A stretch of 41,439 nt of DNA from Patescibacteria group bacterium (GCA_035290045.1 DATDVH010000037.1:1-41439), one strand, 5' to 3'. Counted from the first letter of the stretch, positions 17,653-26,820 are shown. Notes: a model not told the origin generated them from the letters alone. Program-made: numbers and translations.

Positions 17653-18813
17653 TTAAATATATTTAATCAATCTTGATTGAAATACATTCTGGTTAAATCG
17701 TTCTATGTTTTTAAGTCCATATTGTGTCGTTTGTTTCCTTAAAGTGTATGATAGCATGTGAAAGTTTGCAACCGCTTTTGCAAGTGATGCTTCAGTTTGT
17801 TCATCAAAAAAAATCCCTGTTTTTCCGTCAATCACCGTTTCTGCTGCGCCGCCTTTGCGATAGGCGATGACTGGACATCCGAAAAACTGCGCTTCAAGCG
17901 ATACGTATCCAAAATCTTCCTCTTGCGGCATGATAAGCGCCTCTGCATGAGAATACAAATACGCCAGCTCTTGATCCGTAATATTTTGAAAAAAGGAGAC
18001 ATTTTCTCCAGCGATTTTTCTCAATTTATTGAGTTGTGTTCCTGATCCGACGATTATTAAAGGTTCTTTTAGTTTATTAAACGTCTGTATTACTAAATCA
18101 ACTTTCTTGTATGATTCCAAACGACTTACGACAAAAAAATATTTTTTGTTTTTAAATTTTTCTATGTAATTTTTAATTTTTAATCCCTCGCTCTCACTCG
18201 GGACAAGGTTTCCTTTTTTAATTTTTTCCCAATACTCATTTTCAAAGGGTGGGTAGATAACTTCGCTTTGTCTTTTATAATATTTTTTTATTCTTCTTTG
18301 AACAGTTCGTGAGATAGCAATATAATGGTCTGGTCGTTGAGAGACGATAAAATCCCATTTTCTCAAACGGTATAAAAAAGGGGCGTATAGTATTTTCTTA
18401 AAAAAATTATTGGTATAGATTTCTGGATAGAGCCATAAGAAGCGAGTTGGGGTCAAAAGATAAGAAATGTGTAGAGTACAGGGCTTAGTTATCACTGATT
18501 TTGCAAACGAGGATGATACTGATATAACGATATCGTATTCGGATAAATCAAAACTTTCAAACGCGTATGGATAGAGAAATAAAGAAAAAATACGATTTTT
18601 TTTTATGAAATTAGGCAAATGCTGGATAAATGAAGTCTTAATTTTTAGATTTTTCGCCCATGGAGCGGAGTACGAATCATAGTATGAAGTGTAAAAATGA
18701 GCCTGAGGAAACATGTCATGAAGTGTCAAAAGCACTCGCTCCACTCCTCCCCATTTATCTATCCAGTCATACACGATGGCGATTTTTTTGTTTTTCAATG
18801 ATGCCGTATTCAT
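17653..18813 (-). CDS. GT4-family (GT-B fold) glycosyltransferase
   Basis: The C-terminal block EDFGYVSLEAQFFGCPVIAYRKGGAAETV is the E-x7-E GT4 motif region. Confidence 0.85.
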   Translation of the reverse strand: MNTASLKNKKIAIVYDWIDKWGGVERVLLTLHDMFPQAHFYTSYYDSYSAPWAKNLKIKTSFIQHLPNFIKKNRIFSLFLYPYAFESFDLSEYDIVISVSSSFAKSVITKPCTLHISYLLTPTRFLWLYPEIYTNNFFKKILYAPFLYRLRKWDFIVSQRPDHYIAISRTVQRRIKKYYKRQSEVIYPPFENEYWEKIKKGNLVPSESEGLKIKNYIEKFKNKKYFFVVSRLESYKKVDLVIQTFNKLKEPLIIVGSGTQLNKLRKIAGENVSFFQNITDQELAYLYSHAEALIMPQEEDFGYVSLEAQFFGCPVIAYRKGGAAETVIDGKTGIFFDEQTEASLAKAVANFHMLSYTLRKQTTQYGLKNIERFNQNVFQSRLIKYI

Positions 18814-19901
18814 ACATTTTTTTCATAGAGAATATACGTTTCTTTAGCCATTTTTTTAAAGGAAAATCGTTTAAGAAGTTCTTGGTAATTAAATTTTTGA
18901 GGATTTGCAATATGCTGTTGGATTGCGTTTTTTATACTGTTAAGATCATGCGGACTGAATTTGATAAAGTGTCCGTCTAAAATCTCATTAAAAACTGGTA
19001 TATCTGAGGCGACAATAGGACAGTTAAAATATGCGGCTTCAAGAAGGGGCAGTCCAAATCCTTCAGCAAACGATGGATGAATAAGCGCGAGTGCGTTTTT
19101 ATAGAAAAACACCAAATCTTCATCGGTTGGGTTATTCAATAAAATGATTTTTTTATCACACTTCAATCTTTTAATAAATTGTAGTATGCGTGCTGAAAAG
19201 AAGTCCGAAGGACCAAGCAGAACAAGTTGTACTTGAGTGTTCAATTGTGCAAATGCTTTGATAAGATTCTCAATATTTTTATGAGGATAAAAGTTGCCGA
19301 CGTAGATATAGAAAGGCAGAGGAAAGCGTTGTTTCATGCTTATATTTTCATGTACGTTCATGATATGTTTATCTACTCCTTCATACAGCGAATATATTTT
19401 GTTCTCGTATTTTTTGCCGAATAGATGACTAATATCTTTTTTGACTTGTTGAGATGGAGTGATAATGGCGCACGCGTTTTTCACTGCATTACGGATAAGA
19501 AGTGTATAGAAAAAATGTTTGAGAGTATACATCATTTGATTTCCTGTGGTTGCTTTCCCTGTTCTATAAAAAAAAGGAATGAGATCATGAAGGGTGATGA
19601 TAAATTTCCTTCGGTAAAAAAAAGGATAGCTGAAGTAGGTGAAATGCATCAGATCAAGGTTATCCTTGTTTAATTTTCTCAAGAAAACAGTTTGTTCGGA
19701 AATAGAATGCCAGTGATATGGTGTTTCTCGTATAAGTGCGTTGGGGCTATTATATAAAATATCTTTAAGGTGTTTTTTGTTATATACATATATATAGAAA
19801 GTGATTTTTGACGATGAAGGAAGATAAAAAAGGAGATTTGAGATGTATCTTCCCACACCTGTTTGACCTAAAAGTCGTGCGTCAATACCGATTTTTTTCA
19901 T
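18810..19901 (-). CDS. GT4-family (GT-B fold) glycosyltransferase
   Basis: EGFGLPLLEAAYFNCPIVASDIPVFNEIL. It overlaps the downstream GT4 gene by 4 nt. Confidence 0.85.
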   Translation of the reverse strand: MKKIGIDARLLGQTGVGRYISNLLFYLPSSSKITFYIYVYNKKHLKDILYNSPNALIRETPYHWHSISEQTVFLRKLNKDNLDLMHFTYFSYPFFYRRKFIITLHDLIPFFYRTGKATTGNQMMYTLKHFFYTLLIRNAVKNACAIITPSQQVKKDISHLFGKKYENKIYSLYEGVDKHIMNVHENISMKQRFPLPFYIYVGNFYPHKNIENLIKAFAQLNTQVQLVLLGPSDFFSARILQFIKRLKCDKKIILLNNPTDEDLVFFYKNALALIHPSFAEGFGLPLLEAAYFNCPIVASDIPVFNEILDGHFIKFSPHDLNSIKNAIQQHIANPQKFNYQELLKRFSFKKMAKETYILYEKNV

Positions 19902-19903
19902 GA

Positions 19904-20797
19904 CTATAATTTTTTTTTCAGATGAATAAACAGATAGACGAGATGATTGAGTAGTGTACCGTTTTTTTGAGCCATATGTTTGTCATAGAACAGTCGCATA
20001 GAATCGTAAAAAAATTCTTTCGTTTTGCTTTTCGTTTTTTCTCCTTTTTTTTTCAACCCGCTTTGATATTTCAGATGGAGCACGTTAAAAAGGGGATAAT
20101 ATATGATTTTATACCCCATTTGGATTATCTGATAGCATAAGTCTATGTCTTCTCCATACATAAAAAAACGCAGATCAAACCCTTTTGTTTGATCGGTGAT
20201 ATTTTTACGAGTAAGAAAAAATGCGCCACTGATCGCTTCAACTTCATGAATAGAATTGAGATCCAGATGTCGCAGATGATACCCGCCGAATAATTGAGAA
20301 AGATACGGTATTTCTCCAAAAATGTGCTCAAGCTTGAAAAAATAAGTAAACGATCGCCATACAGTAGGGTATCCTCGGTGTGAAGCCATATCACGCTTTC
20401 CGTTTGGTAATGTTATTTGTACTGTCAATGCGCCTACTTGTGGATTATTATTCATATAGTAAAGAATATCTTCAAAGTTAAGATCCTGTACAAACACATC
20501 GGAATTTAAAAACAACACATATTTACCTTCGGCGATCGCAAGCCCTTCATTATTCGCCCTTCCAAACCCAACATTTTCCTCGTTCTCAATAATTTTAAAT
20601 TGTATATGATGACTTTTGACTTTTAACTTTTGACTTTTAATTTCTTCAATACTTCCATCTGTTGAGTTATTATCTATAACGATGATCTCTACTGCGATAT
20701 GTTTACTTTGCTGAAGCGCTTGAGTGAGCTTTTGTATACACTTAATCGTAGTTTCTTTGGTATTATATGAAACAATAAGTATGGAAAGATCAATCAT
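19904..20797 (-). CDS. GT2-family glycosyltransferase (rhamnosyl/galactosyltransferase-like)
   Basis: SILIVSYNTKE, VIDNNSTDGS, LNSDV, and FFMYGEDIDLCYQ (ED motif). Confidence 0.85.
   Translation of the reverse strand: MIDLSILIVSYNTKETTIKCIQKLTQALQQSKHIAVEIIVIDNNSTDGSIEEIKSQKLKVKSHHIQFKIIENEENVGFGRANNEGLAIAEGKYVLFLNSDVFVQDLNFEDILYYMNNNPQVGALTVQITLPNGKRDMASHRGYPTVWRSFTYFFKLEHIFGEIPYLSQLFGGYHLRHLDLNSIHEVEAISGAFFLTRKNITDQTKGFDLRFFMYGEDIDLCYQIIQMGYKIIYYPLFNVLHLKYQSGLKKKGEKTKSKTKEFFYDSMRLFYDKHMAQKNGTLLNHLVYLFIHLKKKL
20611..20638. repeat. Tandem heptanucleotide repeat inside the GT2 gene
   Basis: The plus strand reads GACTTTT GACTTTT AACTTTT GACTTTT, followed by a degenerate AATTTCT. It encodes KSQKLKVKS on the minus strand. 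Confidence 0.6.
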
Positions 20798-20815
20798 AAT
20801 TTTTTATTATTATAC

Positions 20816-22048
20816 ATGAAAAAAAGAAGAGCGTGTGAAATCGTTCTATTGATAGGTATTGCGTGTGTGATGATTTTTTACCGATTCAATCGTATTCCTC
20901 AAAATCTTGATTATGATGAGGTTGATTTTGCAAAATTAGCTCTTTCTTTAGATCATTCACGGTATAGTCCTTTTAGTCCTTTAGCCACTGGTCATGCGAC
21001 GCTTTATTTTTATATACTTCTTTTTTCGTTTAAGCTGGGCGGTGTGAGTAATTTTACACTGAGATTTCCCTCGGCGATATTTGGAGTGGTAAATATTATC
21101 ATTTTTTATCTAATAATGCAGTATGTAAATAAAAAAACTGCCTTTTTTTCTACATTTATTTTCGCAACACTCCGTTGGTATTTTACATTTGCTCGTTTTT
21201 CTTATGAAGCAACATTTCTTTTGTTTCTTGAGTTATGTGCAGTATATTTTCTGATACGGTTTATGAAAAATCAGAAAACCTGCGATATGTTTGCCTTATC
21301 TTTTTTTAGTGGTTTAGCCTTCAATTCATATACATCAGGTAGAATTTTTTTTGTTGTTCCTTTGATCATCTTGGGAATTGGATGTATGCGTCAGCACATA
21401 AAAAAAATTAAGAGCATGCTCCTCGCATTGGCTATTTTTTTTCTTACCATTCTCCCCCTCTTTTCTTATGTATTAACTCATAAAGATTCGCGATTTGATA
21501 CTCAGTTTTTCTTCAAAAGCCCGCGCTATACCGTCAATCAAAAAATACGATTTTTTACAGATGGCATAGTGAGTACTGTTCTTATGTTTCATGTCCATGG
21601 GGATGTCAATGGAAGACATAATTATCCAGGAAAACCAGCGTTAAATCCTGTGTTAGGACTGTTATTTGTTCTTGGTTTTTTGGGTGCAATTATACGATGG
21701 AAAAATAGATATAATCAACTTTTTCTTATATATTTTTTTACTGCTCTTTTTCCTACACTATTGACCTATCCTCATGAGAACCCACATATGTTGCGTACTT
21801 TTGGCGTCATACCTTCGGTTATTTATTTTTCCGTGGCAGGGTTTGAATTGATCATTTCTCGGTTAAAGATGCTGCACATACCTTATCAAAGATGTGCGAT
21901 GATGATCCTTACAGTATATATACTTTTCTTATCATCATTTTCTGAGATAAAAACATATTTTATCTATCAAAGGATAGTGGTTACTGAAGCGTTTAAAATA
22001 GGTGGCGAAATAAAACAAATTCTAAAATCAGATATTGATCGGTTATGA
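20816..22048 (+). CDS. GT-C fold polyprenyl-phosphate-sugar dependent glycosyltransferase (PMT/ArnT, GT39/GT83-like)
   Basis: About 11 predicted TM helices. The first loop carries DYDEVDF (the acidic DE-type motif of GT-C enzymes). It is divergent from the GT2 gene with only 18 bp between the start codons. Confidence 0.65.
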   Translation: MKKRRACEIVLLIGIACVMIFYRFNRIPQNLDYDEVDFAKLALSLDHSRYSPFSPLATGHATLYFYILLFSFKLGGVSNFTLRFPSAIFGVVNIIIFYLIMQYVNKKTAFFSTFIFATLRWYFTFARFSYEATFLLFLELCAVYFLIRFMKNQKTCDMFALSFFSGLAFNSYTSGRIFFVVPLIILGIGCMRQHIKKIKSMLLALAIFFLTILPLFSYVLTHKDSRFDTQFFFKSPRYTVNQKIRFFTDGIVSTVLMFHVHGDVNGRHNYPGKPALNPVLGLLFVLGFLGAIIRWKNRYNQLFLIYFFTALFPTLLTYPHENPHMLRTFGVIPSVIYFSVAGFELIISRLKMLHIPYQRCAMMILTVYILFLSSFSEIKTYFIYQRIVVTEAFKIGGEIKQILKSDIDRL

Positions 22049-22054
22049 CTTTCT

Positions 22055-22813
22055 TCATTTCATGAAATTGGTGAGTTCGGATATGAGAGATTCATAGGGA
22101 AGTGCACCTTCAACAGTTTTAGTTTTTCCCGTTTTCATATCATAGAGTATATTAGTGGGTGTTGCACGTATGCCGATTTGATTTCCTTCATCAGATTGTG
22201 ATTTCACTTTTCCTGCATATTTTCCTTCATCTAAACATGATTGAAATGATTTTTTATTCAATCCTATGTTTGAAGCAAGATCAGCAAGTTGGGAAAGTTC
22301 CATAGCAGGCATTTTTTCAAAAATAAGGTCTGTTATTTTCCAGAATCCATCATTTCCTTTTTGGTCGCTTGCGCACTCAGTGGCTTCTGCTGTTTTTTGT
22401 GCTTTTGGATGACCGGGGAGCGGATAATGGCGATACACCCAGGCGACTTTATTTTTTTGCACACCCATCATTTTTATCAAATCAGGATGTATTCTTTGAC
22501 AGAAAGGACATTCAAGATCAGAGTATTCAATCCATACGTATCGTGCATTATTATCTCCTCTCCAATGATCGTCCTTTGGCGAAGGTTTTTTGGGTTTGAG
22601 ATCTTTATTTGTTTCTTGAGGTGGTTGTTGATTTTGTTGGTTGGGCTGATTTGCATTTTCGCTTCCCGCGGTTCCACCTAAAACAGCGCCATTTTTCTCA
22701 AGCGTTTTCACTTTATTAAAAAGATATCCAGTGAAAAATGCCATACCAATAAGCATGACCACAAGAAGAGTGTTAGTTTTTGATGTAGGCATTGATGGAT
22801 TTGTATCAGTCAT
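22055..22813 (-). CDS. Membrane-anchored DsbA-like thioredoxin-fold thiol:disulfide oxidoreductase
   Basis: Has a TM helix, a Q/N/P-rich linker, and a CPFC active site within WIEYSDLECPFCQRIHP. I chose the ATG at 22813, because the TTG at 22849 used by the ORF track coincides with the predicted -35 box. Confidence 0.75.
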   Translation of the reverse strand: MTDTNPSMPTSKTNTLLVVMLIGMAFFTGYLFNKVKTLEKNGAVLGGTAGSENANQPNQQNQQPPQETNKDLKPKKPSPKDDHWRGDNNARYVWIEYSDLECPFCQRIHPDLIKMMGVQKNKVAWVYRHYPLPGHPKAQKTAEATECASDQKGNDGFWKITDLIFEKMPAMELSQLADLASNIGLNKKSFQSCLDEGKYAGKVKSQSDEGNQIGIRATPTNILYDMKTGKTKTVEGALPYESLISELTNFMK

Positions 22814-22820
22814 GCTAAAA

Positions 22821-22849
22821 ACTGTATAAAAAAAATCCACCAAAGTCAA
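22821..22849 (-). promoter_or_regulatory. Sigma70-like promoter of the DsbA-like gene (leaderless geometry)
   Basis: The minus strand reads TTGACT (22849-22844), 17 nt, TACAGT (22826-22821), then only 7 nt before the ATG at 22813. Confidence 0.55.
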
Positions 22850-22855
22850 GCAGAG

Positions 22856-22884
22856 TTGACTATAGGTTTACTTTCGTATATACT
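22856..22884 (+). promoter_or_regulatory. Sigma70-like promoter of the multi-wHTH gene (near-leaderless geometry)
   Basis: TTGACT (22856-22861), 17 nt, TATACT (22879-22884), then 10 nt before the ATG at 22895. It lies back-to-back with the divergent promoter, with 6 bp between the two -35 boxes. Confidence 0.6.
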
Positions 22885-22894
22885 ATGCTTTGCT

Positions 22895-24253
22895 ATGGAA
22901 AGAAAAATAAACATAAGTAAAACACAATCGCCTGAAAGACGAGAACCGTTGTCTTATGAACAATTGGGTAATCTGATCTCGACTTTCAACCACGAAGCAA
23001 AAGCGTTGACGTTGCTTTTGATGAACACAGGTTCTGTATATTCAAGAAGTGATTTGTTCAAAAGATTTATCGAAATACAAGGAAAACCTGTAGCGTGGGT
23101 ATGCAATCACTCTAGACTTTTTAGTTACTGTATTGAGTCTCTTGCACCAATTGGATTAGTCGCAAAAGAATATATTGGCGAAGATTTTTATACCTATGGA
23201 TTTGCGAAAACCAAGTTTGGAGATAAACTTGGCGTTCCTTTTGCCGGTCTTATGTTGGATTTTTCTGATCGTCACTCAACGCTGTCTTTAATCACAATTT
23301 TTAGCAATACCCAAACAAACGCTCTATCATCAAAAACAATTGAAATACCAGAGGGCAGTACAGACTATAAAAAAAGAGCTCCTATCACAACTTATAATAT
23401 ATTGCAGAGATTACTTACTCAAACACTTCCGATAAGACAGAAGGATTTAATGGACCAGCTTCCAGAAGAAAAATCTCATTCAGTGGTAAGTCACCATCTT
23501 AATAGACTGAAAAAAAGTGATATAATTACTTATCATTCTGTTGACGACAGGGATAATTCGTATGCATATTATCAGGCTATTGATCCTACTCGTCCTCTTG
23601 CTCATTACCAATCTCACTATCCTACTTTGACTCAAAACGTATATCAAATAGTATGTGAGAATTCTGCATTTTATTTATCAAGCAACGAAATAAGAGAAAA
23701 ATTATTGCAAAGATATACTCAATTAAAGCGATCAAATCAAAAATCTTTATTGATACATATTTCAAGTGTAATTTCGTTTCTTAAGAAAAATTCCTACTTG
23801 TCAAAAAAAATGTTTGACTATAAGACACAGTCTGAAATCAATCTCACAACTGAACAAAGAAACATTCTCACTGATTTGATGAACATTATTGACCGTTTTC
23901 AACAGCAAGATCGTGCGATACTTGAAGAAGGGAGAAAAAAAGCAGAAGAGATAATCACCGATCCTCATAGAGTGGCGAATTTATTACACAAGGTGCGTAC
24001 TTTTTCAACTCAAATTAACGCTACTCCTATAGATGTTACACATCAACGTATTCTTGCGATAATTCGTGAAAATCCAAAGAGTACCAATGCTTTTATTGTA
24101 GATCATTTGAAAAAAGAGTACGGTCAGCAGTTGAATAGTGATAGAGTAAGGAGCATAATTCGGTCTTTACTGCAAGCTGATTTGATGGAAGTTAAAAAAA
24201 TAAAAAGCACTCATTATTTTTCTATGAAAAAGGATCAACAACAAATAGACTAA
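22895..24253 (+). CDS. Hypothetical protein built from about four tandem winged-helix (MarR/TrmB-like) DNA-binding-type modules
   Basis: It is a long ORF with no family I can name. The pattern helix - S/T-x-x-E/D-hydrophobic - basic recognition helix - wing recurs, e.g. [11 protein letters not shown]...[10 protein letters not shown]...[18 protein letters not shown] and [23 protein letters not shown]...[18 protein letters not shown]. Confidence 0.45.
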   Translation: MERKINISKTQSPERREPLSYEQLGNLISTFNHEAKALTLLLMNTGSVYSRSDLFKRFIEIQGKPVAWVCNHSRLFSYCIESLAPIGLVAKEYIGEDFYTYGFAKTKFGDKLGVPFAGLMLDFSDRHSTLSLITIFSNTQTNALSSKTIEIPEGSTDYKKRAPITTYNILQRLLTQTLPIRQKDLMDQLPEEKSHSVVSHHLNRLKKSDIITYHSVDDRDNSYAYYQAIDPTRPLAHYQSHYPTLTQNVYQIVCENSAFYLSSNEIREKLLQRYTQLKRSNQKSLLIHISSVISFLKKNSYLSKKMFDYKTQSEINLTTEQRNILTDLMNIIDRFQQQDRAILEEGRKKAEEIITDPHRVANLLHKVRTFSTQINATPIDVTHQRILAIIRENPKSTNAFIVDHLKKEYGQQLNSDRVRSIIRSLLQADLMEVKKIKSTHYFSMKKDQQQID

Positions 24254-26724
24254 TTTTTTACCACTTTAGTTGTTTTTTGTTTTCCGTTTCTTTCTCCATT
24301 TACTTTTTCCTTCTGAAGAAAAGCAAAGTGGTATTTTTTTTGAGGGAAAACAAGCGCTTCTTTTAATACTTGATCAATATGTTCAACAAATACAAATGCC
24401 AGGTCAGACAATACTGCTTTTGGAATGTCGTCAAGATCTTTTTTATTATTTTTTGGCAAAATTATTTTCTTTATGCCAGCTCGATGCGCCGCAATAACCT
24501 TTTCTTTTATACCGCCGACTTCAAGTATACGTCCCCTCAAGGTAATCTCTCCAGTCATTCCAGCATCTTTACGGACTGGAATTGTGGTGAGTGCGGATAC
24601 CATTGCTGTTGCAATTGCCGCTCCCGCAGAAGGCCCATCTTTGGGGACTGCTCCTTCAGGGACATGAACATGAATATCCATTTTATTATAAAAATCGTGT
24701 TGCAATCCAAATAGTTTGAACCGAGGACGCACATAACTTAATGCGGCCTGACAAGATTCTTTCATGACATCTCCCAAATTACCGGTTAAGGTTAGGTGTG
24801 AATGCCCGGGCATTTTGGCGACCTCAATAAATAATATATCTCCCCCAGCTTGTGTCCAGGCCAAACCAGTTGCAATGCCAACAGTATTTTTCTCCTCTAT
24901 CATTTGAGACGAGTATTTGAAAGGACCCGCAAATTTATGTAAATCAGGAGTTTTAACCATTTTATTTTTTAAGCCTTTTTCTACAAATTCGCGTGCTATT
25001 TTTCTGAAAATTGCGGCAATTTGTCGCTCTAATTCACGGACACCAGCTTCGCGAGTATAGCGTCTGATGATAAGATGAGTTGATTCATCATTGATACTGA
25101 CTTTATCTTCATCAAGTCCGTGGACTTCCAATTGTTTTTTAATGAGGTAGTTTTTTGCGATCGCGAATTTTTCATCTTCAGTATATCCAGGGAAGTGTAT
25201 GATCTCTAATCGATCAAGAAGGGCATCGGGAATCGTGTCAAGAATATTTGCAGTGGTGATAAACATTACCTCTGAAAGGTCAAAGTCAACTTCAAGATAA
25301 TGGTCAGAGAACGAATGGTTTTGTTCTGGATCAAGTGCTTCAAGAAGGGCTGCGGATGGATCACCACGATAATCGCGTCCTACCTTATCAATCTCATCAA
25401 GCATAAATACTGGATTTTTTGTTCCTGCTTGTTTGACTCCTTGGATAATTCGTCCTGGCAAGGCGCCGACATACGTTCGTCTATGTCCTCTGATTTCTGC
25501 TTCGTCACGTATCCCACCAAGCGACATTTTGACAAATTTACGTCCCAATGCTTTTGCTATGGATCGTCCGATTGATGTTTTACCGACTCCAGGAGGGCCC
25601 ACGAAACATAAAATAGTTGGTTGATTATTTTTTGTTTTTTTTCCATTAGGAGAAGAGGAGATTGTCAATTCGTCATTTCTCATTTTTTTAAGTTTCATCA
25701 CCGCAAGATATTCCAAAATTCTTTCCTTAATTTTTTTAAGTCCAAAATGATCTTCATTCAATACACTTTCTGCTTTTTTGGTATCTACATTTGCGGGAGT
25801 TGCTATCTGCCATGGGAGTTCTGTCAACCATTCAAGATAGGTGCGCACATATGAACTTTCTGGATTGTACTGTGACATTTGTGCAAGGCGTTTGAGTTCT
25901 TTGAGTGCTTTTTCTTCTGCTTCCTTAGGCATTTTTGCAGACTTTATATTGTAGCGTAATTCTTTAATTTCTTTATCTTCTTTTACCTCATCGCCTAATT
26001 CTTTCTCAATTGTTTTTAATTTTTCTCTCAACACTGCGTCTTTCATTCCTTTTTCAAATTTCTGCTGTGTTTTCATGGAGATGCTTCGTTCAAGCTCTAA
26101 TACTTTTACTTCGTTTACAATAAATTCTGCTTCTTTTTTCAAACGGTTAGCCAGATTGAGTTCTTCCAAAAGAATTTGACGTTCTTGCGTCTTAATATCA
26201 AGAATCATTGCGATCTGATCTGAAAAATCCCTTGCTGATACACCGCTTATAATATTCATTAAAAAAATAAAATCAATGCCTTTACCAAGGTTGACGGCTT
26301 TTTTTAATTCATTGGTGATATGGCGAACTAATGCTTGTACTTCTTCGTTTTCAACAATGATCTCCGATAGAGGTTCGCATATTCCTTCAAAAAAGGGCGA
26401 GTTTCTCAAATATTCTTTAATGCTTACTCTTTGTTCACCCCTCACCAATGCACTGATTTCTCCTTTTTCTCCTTTGAGAATTTTTTCTACTTTTGCGACG
26501 ACACCAATAGAGAAAAGGTCGTCAAGAGAAGGATTATTGATGATTGGATTTTTCTGCATGAGAATAATGATACGATTATCGCGTTTGAGAGACTCATCAA
26601 TTGCAAGAACACTTTTTTCTCTTCCGAAAAGAAGAACATTTTCTGTGGAAGGGAAGACTATACCGTCCCGAACTGCAACGATTGGGTATTTAGATTGATT
26701 TGACAGCTTAGATATTAAATTCAT
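24250..26724 (-). CDS. lon: ATP-dependent Lon protease (LonA type)
   Basis: Has the Lon N-domain, Walker [17 protein letters not shown], and a protease domain with PKDGPSAG (catalytic Ser) and [16 protein letters not shown] chose the ATG at 26724, because the TTG at 26766 used by the ORF track abuts and overlaps by one base the predicted -35 box. Confidence 0.95.
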   Translation of the reverse strand: MNLISKLSNQSKYPIVAVRDGIVFPSTENVLLFGREKSVLAIDESLKRDNRIIILMQKNPIINNPSLDDLFSIGVVAKVEKILKGEKGEISALVRGEQRVSIKEYLRNSPFFEGICEPLSEIIVENEEVQALVRHITNELKKAVNLGKGIDFIFLMNIISGVSARDFSDQIAMILDIKTQERQILLEELNLANRLKKEAEFIVNEVKVLELERSISMKTQQKFEKGMKDAVLREKLKTIEKELGDEVKEDKEIKELRYNIKSAKMPKEAEEKALKELKRLAQMSQYNPESSYVRTYLEWLTELPWQIATPANVDTKKAESVLNEDHFGLKKIKERILEYLAVMKLKKMRNDELTISSSPNGKKTKNNQPTILCFVGPPGVGKTSIGRSIAKALGRKFVKMSLGGIRDEAEIRGHRRTYVGALPGRIIQGVKQAGTKNPVFMLDEIDKVGRDYRGDPSAALLEALDPEQNHSFSDHYLEVDFDLSEVMFITTANILDTIPDALLDRLEIIHFPGYTEDEKFAIAKNYLIKKQLEVHGLDEDKVSINDESTHLIIRRYTREAGVRELERQIAAIFRKIAREFVEKGLKNKMVKTPDLHKFAGPFKYSSQMIEEKNTVGIATGLAWTQAGGDILFIEVAKMPGHSHLTLTGNLGDVMKESCQAALSYVRPRFKLFGLQHDFYNKMDIHVHVPEGAVPKDGPSAGAAIATAMVSALTTIPVRKDAGMTGEITLRGRILEVGGIKEKVIAAHRAGIKKIILPKNNKKDLDDIPKAVLSDLAFVFVEHIDQVLKEALVFPQKKYHFAFLQKEKVNGERNGKQKTTKVVKN

Positions 26725-26729
26725 ACTTT

Positions 26730-26763
26730 TTAGCAGTATATCAAATAATCTGCTAATTGTCAA
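26730..26763 (-). promoter_or_regulatory. Consensus lon promoter overlapped by a CIRCE-like 9-N9-9 inverted repeat
   Basis: The minus strand reads TTGACA (26763-26758), 17 nt, TATACT (26740-26735), then 10 nt before the ATG. TTAGCAGAT-N9-TACTGCTAA (26756-26730) spans the spacer and the -10 box. Confidence 0.6.
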
Positions 26764-26820
26764 CAATTTTCTTTTTTAGAATATTATTACGACCAAAAAT
26801 ATCAATTACGTATAACTAAC

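Noticed and set aside
22856-22894. The ORF track gives TTG/GTG-initiated N-terminal extensions at 59, 22849, 22856, 26766, 31505, 37890 and 41298.
   Set aside because: In-frame ATGs lie a few codons downstream. For 22849, 22856 and 26766 the alternative start coincides with or abuts the predicted -35 box, so it would not be transcribed. The GTG at 59 is internal to a gene that is open to the window edge.
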